Shown piece by piece: positions 16,838 to 22,378 of a DNA stretch of 43,199 nucleotides. The notes below the pieces were generated by a model. It did not search any database and was not told the origin of the DNA. It saw only the letters and a program-made list of their open reading frames with translations. Within the stretch, counting starts at the first letter, position 1, and every line of letters starts with the position of its first letter. The position numbers and the translations under genes were made by a program. The stretch lies in IMG/VR virus record IMGVR_UViG_3300042756_000102. The stretch is one strand, 5' to 3'. The stretch is from a virus.

Positions 16838-16841
16838 GTGA

Positions 16842-17045
16842 CTACTGCCTTGCGTTGTAGTGAGAGACGCACTCATCGAGCCAGAAATCATTAGGGAGGT
16901 TATGAGCCTCCTTGTATTTCTGAACCACGATTGTGTTGAGTTCTTCCCACTTCTGCTTCAGCCCAACTCCGTGGCACGGGATGACCCCGTTCACAGCGTT
17001 GACAGCGTCAAGCAGTCGCTTGTCGGCTTCTTGTTGTTTAGTCAT
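16842..17045 (-). CDS. Hypothetical protein (67 aa).
   Basis: ORF preceded by the conserved leader TTTCTGTTCTCTGACATCCGCATATG. Confidence 0.55.
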   Translation of the reverse strand: MTKQQEADKRLLDAVNAVNGVIPCHGVGLKQKWEELNTIVVQKYKEAHNLPNDFWLDECVSHYNARQ

Positions 17046-17107
17046 ATGCGGATGTCAGAGAACAGAAAGGATTCAGTCTACTGTAATACCAGAGTCAAAC
17101 AAAAAGA

Positions 17108-17127
17108 AGGGGTTAGTAACTTCCCCC
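17108..17127. promoter_or_regulatory. G-run/C-run element with an AGTAAC core (family member 3, weaker stem).
   Basis: GGGG-TTAGTAACTT-CCCCCC, just beyond the stop of 17134-17544. Confidence 0.4.
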
Positions 17128-17133
17128 CTCGCA

Positions 17134-17544
17134 TTACTCGACCTTGAACTTGAGGGTCTTCAGCACCTTGATGACGATAGCCTTGAGTTCCTCCGTGTCA
17201 CCGAAGGAAGCCTTGTCCATATCGTCAACGACCTCCTTGACCTTTTCGGTCAAGTCGATGTCTTCGACAGCGGACTCGACAGCGTCAGAAACCTTGCTTT
17301 CGATTTCGTCATCCACATAGGACTGAGTGGCGATATCGTTGTCGTTAATGTAGGATTCGATTCGGTCGTTAACATCATCCTCACGGACGAAGTCATCGGC
17401 ATCGAAATCGGGAATCTCCATTTCATCGACCTTCTCAGTCAGTTCAGCGAGGGACTTTTTCAGTTCCTCGTTTTCCTTCTTGAGACGCACGACCTCAGCG
17501 ACCAGCGTGTTCAGACCCAGCAGTTTCATAATCCAGTTTTTCAT
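17134..17544 (-). CDS. Highly acidic coiled-coil protein (136 aa), the first gene of the leftward early operon.
   Basis: By my count about 38 of 136 residues are D/E against about 18 K/R. The N-terminus is a leucine-zipper-like helix (LVAEVVRLKKENEELKKSLAELTEKV). The start is set at ATG 17544, behind a CA-rich leader. Confidence 0.65.
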   Translation of the reverse strand: MKNWIMKLLGLNTLVAEVVRLKKENEELKKSLAELTEKVDEMEIPDFDADDFVREDDVNDRIESYINDNDIATQSYVDDEIESKVSDAVESAVEDIDLTEKVKEVVDDMDKASFGDTEELKAIVIKVLKTLKFKVE

Positions 17545-17579
17545 ATCGGTTTTTTGTTTTTGGTTTTTGGTATCCCCCT

Positions 17580-17595
17580 CCCGCAAGATTGCGGG
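17580..17595 (-). promoter_or_regulatory. Hairpin at the 5' side of the leftward leader.
   Basis: CCCGC-AAGATT-GCGGG, followed on the minus strand by GAGGGGGATACCAAAAACCAAAAACAAAAAACCGATATG. Confidence 0.5.
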
Positions 17596-17740
17596 TTTAG
17601 GGAAAGTAGACTAAGAAAGAGCGAGCGAGGTCTGTCACACCCTGCACCTATGAATGAATAGACTTTTTACAGAAGAGCAACGCCTTTTATCAAGACCCTA
17701 TACGCAGTAGCATTGCTAATACCATATATAAGTTTCTCTC

Positions 17741-17775
17741 AGATTATAATATTATAATAGAATTATAAAAGAGAC
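17741..17775. repeat. AT-rich tandem ATTATAAT/ATTATAAA triplet.
   Basis: GATTATAATATTATAATAGAATTATAAAAG: multiple TATAAT-like hexamers, which could be a DNA-unwinding or promoter element. Confidence 0.6.
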
Positions 17776-17816
17776 GCTCGGATTCCTGTTTTGAATTCCC
17801 GAATCCTGTTAACCTA

Positions 17817-17826
17817 ACCTATGATT
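17817..17826. repeat. Inverted copy of the AATCATAGGT 10-mer.
   Basis: ACCTATGATT is the reverse complement of the 10-mer repeated at 18118, 18150 and 18190. Confidence 0.7.
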
Positions 17827-17875
17827 CCGTAATTAGAAAACAGGTAGCAGGCAGCGTGCCAAGTCCCTATACATA

Positions 17876-17902
17876 ATTGTAAATAAAGTGTAAAAATGTA
17901 AA
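17876..17902 (-). promoter_or_regulatory. Cluster of TTTACA boxes (the minus strand reads TTTACATT-TTTACAC-N5-TTTACAAT).
   Basis: The plus strand reads ATTGTAAATAAAGTGTAAAAATGTAAA. Confidence 0.45.
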
Positions 17903-17914
17903 GAGCCTCTACAA

Positions 17915-17949
17915 TCGATTCTAAGGGGGGTATGGCAAGACCCTATACC
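17915..17949 (+). repeat. 35-bp direct repeat, copy A.
   Basis: TCGATTCTAAGGGGGGTATGGCAAGACCCTATACC, against copy B at 18277-18311: 32 of 35 identical, with the first 20 nt exact. It has internal dyad symmetry, GGTAT...ATACC. Confidence 0.85.
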
Positions 17950-18000
17950 TTCCCCTAGGCTGACCCTTGCAAGAGCCTTGTAGGGCAACTGTGCAAGAAG

Positions 18001-18017
18001 TTGTAAAGCGTTGTAAA
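18001..18017 (-). promoter_or_regulatory. Tandem TTTACAA boxes.
   Basis: The plus strand reads TTGTAAAGCGTTGTAAA (10-nt period). Confidence 0.4.
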
Positions 18018-18117
18018 TCAACGACTTACAGAGGTAGGTGAACAGATGTTCAATCAAGCACAAAACAGGGGGTCAGATACTGGTATAAGCAATCCTAATG
18101 ACCCGTGTAGAATCTCT

Positions 18118-18199
18118 AATCATAGGTCTGTCAAGGGGTATTCGGGTCGAATCATAGGTCGCTCGCCTCGGATTCAAATCCAATCTTGTAATCATAGGT
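18118..18199 (+). repeat. Three direct copies of the 10-mer AATCATAGGT (iteron-like).
   Basis: Exact copies at 18118-18127, 18150-18159 and 18190-18199. Confidence 0.8.
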
Positions 18200-18234
18200 A
18201 AGGATATAATGTATCAACCATATACCAATCATAT

Positions 18235-18253
18235 AATGTAAAACAATTGTAAA
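18235..18253 (-). promoter_or_regulatory. Bipartite TTTACAAT-N3-TTTACATT motif.
   Basis: The minus strand reads TTTACAATTGTTTTACATT. Confidence 0.5.
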
Positions 18254-18276
18254 AATGCGATTAGACCCCTCTGGCT

Positions 18277-18311
18277 TCGATTCTAAGGGGGGTATGTAAA
18301 GAGCCTATACC
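18277..18311 (+). repeat. 35-bp direct repeat, copy B.
   Basis: TCGATTCTAAGGGGGGTATGTAAAGAGCCTATACC. Confidence 0.85.
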
Positions 18312-18823
18312 GTAGCATGGACTTTCGTGGATTCGGGCATATGCCTATAAATGTGCAAAGAATCTTGGCACGCTCTCTGCTATGCGTGGGCGTGCGTTCA
18401 CTCCCAAGGCGAAGGGTCGCTGGATAAAATGCAGATTCCCGAAAATAGTTCTTGAATCAGTAATACGCTGGTCTACCTTCTAGGTCTGTTCTTCGTCACT
18501 CGGTTCTCTCCTCCCGCCCTGCGGGATGGTCGCACCAGATGCTGGCAACTCGCCAGCCAGCCAGATGCGTAAAGATTCGATACAGAACTCGGTTCATTGA
18601 AATTCTACTGTAGGAAGCCCCAGCCCCAGAAGGGCATCGGCATTAATTCCTAAACGACAATCCAGCGTGTGCTAGGCTGATATATTCCCCGCACGATGGC
18701 AGACATTCAGAAACCTAGAAACCTACGGGTCAGAGATTCTAGATTCGTGAATCAACAAAAGGACGAAACACGGGGGTAGGTGAAAATCCCACCCCCTTGT
18801 CTAGTGGTTATACCACTACTGAC

Positions 18824-18843
18824 GAGTCCGCAGTTACGGACTC
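18824..18843 (+). promoter_or_regulatory. Hairpin with a CAGTTA loop at the 5' side of the rightward CA-rich leader.
   Basis: GAGTCCG-CAGTTA-CGGACTC (7-bp stem). Two further hairpins precede it: GGGGGT...ACCCCC at about 18772-18796 and TAGTGG-TTATA-CCACTA at 18801-18817. Confidence 0.6.
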
Positions 18844-18881
18844 AAAACCCAAAACCAAAATACCAAATACCAAAACCGCAT

Positions 18882-19748
18882 ATGAAAAATCAAACCGCAG
18901 AAATCACGGAGGGCAAGGTGACGAACAATCCCTTCTACCTCGTCACGCAGGAACGCCTCCACCTCCCCGATGGTACGCCCACCCCGTTCTACGGCAATGT
19001 CCGCAAGGACACGGGTGTGTGCCTCAAGGCTGTCACGGAACGCTACACCATCGTGCAGAACCAAGACCTCATCGAGAAGGCTGAATCCATCTTCGACACG
19101 AAGGGGATGAAGTTCACTCGCAATTGCGAAATCACGCAGGACGGCTCTCGGATGTACGCCAACTACACCTTCGCCAATCACGGCTTCAAGGTGCAGAAGG
19201 ATGACTTCCAGATGCGTGTCTCGCTTCGTAATTCGTTCGACGGCTCGATGAAAATCTCGCTGGTCGTGGGATTGATGCGGGTCGTGTGCAGTAACGGAGC
19301 GTGGTCGATGGATGGCGGTATCGACTTGATGCGTAAGCATACTGCTTCCGTGGATGTCGAGTTCGCCTCCAACGCAGTCGATGTCGCTTGCCGTAGTTTC
19401 CAGTCGCAGTACGAAACGCTCGACCTGTTCAGTCGCACGAAACTCAATCAGCAGGAAGGTCACGAACTGCTGAACGGGCTGGTGAAGCGTAGCGTTCTCG
19501 CTGACCGTGTCGCTGACAAGGTTCGTGAAATCTGGGAGAAGCCGACCTACGAGGAAGACCGCACTCGCAATGTGTACAACCTCTGGAACGCCATCACCCA
19601 GCACACCACGCACGACATCGCTGGTGAACGCAGGAAGGTGGAACTCGCCACCCGCCTGTCCACCAACGCCACGATGACGCTGGCTGACTTCGCCCGCAAG
19701 GGACGCATCAGCGACCTGTTCGTCAAGGAACTCCAGAAGAACAACTAA
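18882..19748 (+). CDS. DUF932-family protein (288 aa from ATG 18882).
   Basis: MRVSLRNSFDGSMKISLVVGLMRVVCSNGA matches the DUF932 core (N-S-x-D-G-S ... G-x-x-R-x-V-C-x-N-G). The upstream 34 codons of the tracked ORF cover the hairpins and the CA-rich leader. Confidence 0.8.
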   Translation: MKNQTAEITEGKVTNNPFYLVTQERLHLPDGTPTPFYGNVRKDTGVCLKAVTERYTIVQNQDLIEKAESIFDTKGMKFTRNCEITQDGSRMYANYTFANHGFKVQKDDFQMRVSLRNSFDGSMKISLVVGLMRVVCSNGAWSMDGGIDLMRKHTASVDVEFASNAVDVACRSFQSQYETLDLFSRTKLNQQEGHELLNGLVKRSVLADRVADKVREIWEKPTYEEDRTRNVYNLWNAITQHTTHDIAGERRKVELATRLSTNATMTLADFARKGRISDLFVKELQKNN

Positions 19749-19767
19749 ACCAACCGACAACGGGGAA

Positions 19768-19785
19768 GGGCAGACAACTCTGCCC
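19768..19785 (+). other. Hairpin after the DUF932 stop, with no T-run.
   Basis: GGGCAGA-CAAC-TCTGCCC. Confidence 0.5.
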
Positions 19786-19800
19786 GACCCCAGCGTCACC

Positions 19801-19816
19801 AAATCCTAACTACAAA
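19801..19816 (+). promoter_or_regulatory. Gene-junction motif, copy 1 (AAATCCTAACTACAAA).
   Basis: Ends 4 nt before ATG 19821. Confidence 0.7.
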
Positions 19817-19820
19817 TCCT

Positions 19821-20519
19821 ATGAAACCTGCTATCGTTATTCAGTTCACCCTCCACAACGGAGACAAAGTCTCCAGCACCTTCGCAGACCACACGGCACT
19901 CGTCCAGCGTGTCGCTGAACTCAAGGAGGCTCTCGCCAACACGCCCAGCACCTACACGGGGACTATCACCCTGAACCAAGGTCACGAACTCCGTGCCTTG
20001 GAAGAATTCAGAGCGTTGCCGTCCAATGCTGGCGAGGTCATCGACCTGTGCGTCCAGCACGGGTATCCCATCGTGAAGATTGCGGACGCTGACTTCTACG
20101 GACTCCCGATGGAAGCCAAGTTCGCCAAGACCCAAGCCTACATCGATTTGATTAAGGCAGAGGTCGCTGAAAAGAAGGCTGTAGAACTTCAGAAGAAATT
20201 GGACGCACAGTTCACGATTGATGAGTTCACCACCAAGTTCGCCCGTGATGTCTTCGCTGGCAACGCTCGCTGGGTTAATGTCTACGAGACCAGCGAGTGC
20301 TACGGAGGTTCTGAAGAGGGTGGATGGAACTACACCTGCTACACGCTGGTGGCTTGCTTCCCCCTCTCGCTGTTCCAGCACTACACGCCCGTGTCCCTTG
20401 CTGATATCACCAAGGGTGCTACCGACCTTGTGGAGAAGATGGGTCTGGAATCCGACCTCATCCTGCTGGAAGACCTCCCAGCCAAGTCTGTGACCCTCAC
20501 CCGCCCCCACTACGAGTAA
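19821..20519 (+). CDS. Hypothetical protein (232 aa) with a YGGSEEGGW motif.
   Basis: The plus-strand translation is protein-like and is preceded by the junction motif. The antisense ORF 19806-20510 is rejected. Confidence 0.7.
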   Translation: MKPAIVIQFTLHNGDKVSSTFADHTALVQRVAELKEALANTPSTYTGTITLNQGHELRALEEFRALPSNAGEVIDLCVQHGYPIVKIADADFYGLPMEAKFAKTQAYIDLIKAEVAEKKAVELQKKLDAQFTIDEFTTKFARDVFAGNARWVNVYETSECYGGSEEGGWNYTCYTLVACFPLSLFQHYTPVSLADITKGATDLVEKMGLESDLILLEDLPAKSVTLTRPHYE

Positions 20520-20522
20520 TCC

Positions 20523-20546
20523 CCGTATCTAAATCCTAACTACAAA
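20523..20546 (+). promoter_or_regulatory. Gene-junction motif, copy 2 (CCGTATCTAAATCCTAACTACAAA).
   Basis: An exact 24-mer shared with 21074-21097. Ends 5 nt before ATG 20552. Confidence 0.75.
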
Positions 20547-20551
20547 ATAAT

Positions 20552-20890
20552 ATGCATACGCTCATCAACGAGTCCTATCAGTCCATCAAGACCGCTCTGC
20601 ACTTCGCCCTCAAGGGCGAGGAGATTCTCTATCTCCTGTGCGAAGAGAAATACGATGCTCTGAAGGATGTAAAATCCCAATCAGAAGAAGTCACGCTCCT
20701 GCTGGAGCAATGGAGACTCCAGAAAGTAATCTGCGAGCGTCTGGCAAAGACCTTGCACGATATGAATCCGTGGTACACGAACGAAGCCTTCCATCCTGCC
20801 ACGATGGATGGACAGGGAATCGGATTCCTCAAACGAGTCCCAGAACGACAGGCGAACGGGACGAACATCCTGCCTGTGCGTAAAGACTAA
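20552..20890 (+). CDS. Hypothetical protein (112 aa).
   Basis: ORF preceded by the junction motif. Confidence 0.6.
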   Translation: MHTLINESYQSIKTALHFALKGEEILYLLCEEKYDALKDVKSQSEEVTLLLEQWRLQKVICERLAKTLHDMNPWYTNEAFHPATMDGQGIGFLKRVPERQANGTNILPVRKD

Positions 20891-20897
20891 CTACAAA
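20887..20897 (+). promoter_or_regulatory. Gene-junction motif, copy 3 (short form, CTAACTACAAA).
   Basis: Overlaps the stop of the previous gene. Ends 1 nt before ATG 20899. Confidence 0.55.
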
Positions 20898-20898
20898 A

Positions 20899-21090
20899 AT
20901 GAGATTCCAAATCTACGCTCACCGAATCAGCGACAACGAGTCCAAGCAACTCTGGTACGACATCAGCCTTCGACTCTGGCAGGGCTGGGTCATCGACAAC
21001 GAAGGTAACCAGATTGGTAACTCAGAATACTTCCCGTCATCCCGCAAGGCTCACGCCTTCGGGTGGCTGGAGTCCGTATCTAAATCCTAA
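20899..21090 (+). CDS. Hypothetical protein (63 aa).
   Basis: ORF preceded by the junction motif. Its last codons are themselves part of motif copy 4. Confidence 0.55.
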   Translation: MRFQIYAHRISDNESKQLWYDISLRLWQGWVIDNEGNQIGNSEYFPSSRKAHAFGWLESVSKS

Positions 21091-21097
21091 CTACAAA
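21074..21097 (+). promoter_or_regulatory. Gene-junction motif, copy 4 (CCGTATCTAAATCCTAACTACAAA).
   Basis: Exact 24-mer. Ends 6 nt before ATG 21104. Confidence 0.75.
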
Positions 21098-21103
21098 TAT
21101 CCT

Positions 21104-21196
21104 ATGCACCAAATCCTAGTCGCTGTTGCTCTGCTCTGCGTTGCTGTCGCTGGTCTCGCCTGTGTGGTCGGCTTCCTAGCCTTCTGCACACGCTGA
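21104..21196 (+). CDS. 30-aa hydrophobic peptide (MHQILVAVALLCVAVAGLACVVGFLAFCTR).
   Basis: The start is chosen by the junction motif. It has a single transmembrane-like helix. The tracked 60-aa ORF (from 21014) overlaps the previous gene. Confidence 0.45.
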   Translation: MHQILVAVALLCVAVAGLACVVGFLAFCTR

Positions 21197-21225
21197 CCAC
21201 CCCGTGTAGCGTCCTTGCCCCCTCA

Positions 21226-21268
21226 AGCCCACCCTGTGCCTAACCAGCCTTGGTGGGCTTTCTTGTTT
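21226..21268 (+). terminator. Intrinsic terminator ending the 18882-21196 module.
   Basis: AGCCCACC (21226-21233) pairs with GGTGGGCT (21252-21259), followed by TTCTTGTTT. Confidence 0.6.
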
Positions 21269-21431
21269 AGTGATTAGCCCGCCTCCACGCCCCTCTGAGC
21301 CTGTATTAATCCTTTGCCTATACCCTAGCCTACCCCAGCCCATCAAAGGGCTTCCTAGGGCATCCCAGACCCCTTCCCCGACTACTGAACACCCGTTCAC
21401 CTACCTGTTCCAGCCAATCCAATCCCCTGCT

Positions 21432-21452
21432 TTTACAATCCTTTTACATTTG
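21432..21452 (+). promoter_or_regulatory. Bipartite TTTACAAT-N3-TTTACATTTG motif oriented rightward (toward the tRNAs and late genes).
   Basis: TTTACAATCCTTTTACATTTG. Its 3' half, TACATTTG, fits the Bacteroidota -7 consensus TAnnTTTG. Confidence 0.5.
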
Positions 21453-21532
21453 TGAATCAATTGTTAATTTCTTTTACTTCGGATGGGTAACCACCTACAG
21501 GCTACATTCTATAAGAAGGCTTATATAATATT

Positions 21533-21595
21533 CTTTTAGGTTTATATAATAATCTTTTTACCTTTTATAATAAAGTCTTTTAGGTTTATAATAAT
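21533..21595 (+). repeat. AT-rich direct repeat CTTTTAGGTTTATA(TA)ATAAT, two copies.
   Basis: Copies at 21533-21553 and 21577-21595, differing by a TA indel, embedded in TATAAT-rich sequence. Confidence 0.75.
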
Positions 21596-21824
21596 CCCCT
21601 TCCCCTACGGGGGGGCGGGGGTCTTTATCTTTTCGCTAGACTCCTATTTATACCCATCCAGACAGATACTTTTTTTATACTAAAAAGCATCACTAAGACT
21701 TGAAGCGACTACTGGTAGGAGCGTCAGGGGGTTATTAGGGGGTTTCAAAGGTCTTCAGTCAAGGAGCAACTTGTGAACGATACTGTTTACCTACGAAGAG
21801 TTAGTGCTTGACACAAGGATAAGT

Positions 21825-21890
21825 AAATCCCTTAACAATCCCTGCTGTTCACCCCCTCAGTCCCCCAATTCTGGGGGAAGGGATTTTTTA
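21825..21890 (+). terminator. Nested hairpin with a T-run upstream of the tRNA cluster.
   Basis: Inner stem TCCCCCA-ATTC-TGGGGGA (21861-21878). The outer stem pairs AAATCCCT (21825-21832) with AGGGATTT (21879-21886), followed by TTTTATTT. Confidence 0.5.
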
Positions 21891-21946
21891 TTTCTCTGTT
21901 GACTCTGGTTCTCTCTGGGAAGATAACAAGTGCGTTCTTTGACTTT

Positions 21947-22018
21947 GCCTTGTTAGCACAGCGGTAGTGCGTCTGTTTTGTAAACAGAAGGTCGTTGGTT
22001 CAATCCCAACACAAGGCT
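21947..22018 (+). tRNA. trnT: tRNA-Thr (anticodon TGT).
   Basis: Hand-folded cloverleaf: acceptor GCCTTGT/ACAAGGC, D stem GCAC/GTGC, anticodon stem TCTGT/ACAGA with loop TTTGTAA, T arm GTTGG-TTCAATC-CCAAC. Confidence 0.9.
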
Positions 22019-22136
22019 TTCTTTGAGTGCAGTCTGGTCACAGGCTGAGTATAATAAGTTGATAGGTTCATCACATGGCTCACAGCGTAAACTAATGGCA
22101 ACGATATTTATACTGGTCAACCCCACTCTCCCTTTA

Positions 22137-22208
22137 CAACCCGTAGTTCAACGGATAGAACCCCTGCCTTCTAAGCAGGTTATCTAGGTTCGATTCCTAG
22201 CGGGTTGA
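22137..22208 (+). tRNA. trnR: tRNA-Arg (anticodon TCT).
   Basis: Acceptor CAACCCG/CGGGTTG, D stem GTTC/GAAC, anticodon stem CCTGC/GCAGG with loop CTTCTAA, T arm CTAGG-TTCGATT-CCTAG. Confidence 0.9.
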
Positions 22209-22213
22209 TTCAC

Positions 22214-22284
22214 AGACTTATGGTGTAATGGTAGCACAGGAGTTTTTGGTTCTCCTTGTCGGGGTTCAAATCCCTGTAAGTCTA
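22214..22284 (+). tRNA. trnQ: tRNA-Gln (anticodon TTG).
   Basis: Acceptor AGACTTA/TAAGTCT, D stem GTGT/GCAC, anticodon stem GGAGT/TCTCC (one T-T mismatch at the loop-closing pair) with loop TTTTGGT, T arm CGGGG-TTCAAAT-CCCTG. Confidence 0.75.
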
Positions 22285-22290
22285 TTTACA

Positions 22291-22371
22291 GTAAGAGTGG
22301 TGGAACGGTATACACGACTGACTTAAAATCAGTTGCCATACGGCTTGCGGGTTCAAGTCCCGCCTCTTGCA
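22291..22371 (+). tRNA. trnL: tRNA-Leu (anticodon TAA), with a long variable arm.
   Basis: Acceptor GTAAGAG/CTCTTGC (one G-T pair), anticodon stem ACTGA/TCAGT with loop CTTAAAA, variable arm GCC-ATAC-GGC, T arm GCGGG-TTCAAGT-CCCGC. Confidence 0.85.
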
Positions 22372-22378
22372 CATTCAC

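Noticed and set aside
17915-18311. The 35-bp repeats could be a CRISPR array.
   Set aside because: There are only two copies, 362 bp apart, they are imperfect, no cas genes are present, and other repeat families lie between them. This is not CRISPR-like.
18834-19802. A 322-aa minus-strand ORF antisense to the DUF932 gene. Similar cases are 19806-20510 (234 aa) antisense to 19821-20519, 16933-17661 antisense to the acidic protein, and 10202-10828 antisense to ERF.
   Set aside because: Their translations are low-complexity and rich in G, V, R, L and E, with no motifs. The sense partners carry clear family motifs or the junction/leader signals. Long open antisense frames are expected in high-GC or strongly codon-biased genes.
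22019-22136. A sixth tRNA or a tRNA pseudogene in the 118-nt spacer between tRNA-Thr and tRNA-Arg. The spacer contains GGTTCATCAC, which is T-loop-like.
   Set aside because: I could not fold an acceptor stem or an anticodon arm. Only a short similarity is present. A tRNA predictor should confirm the absence.
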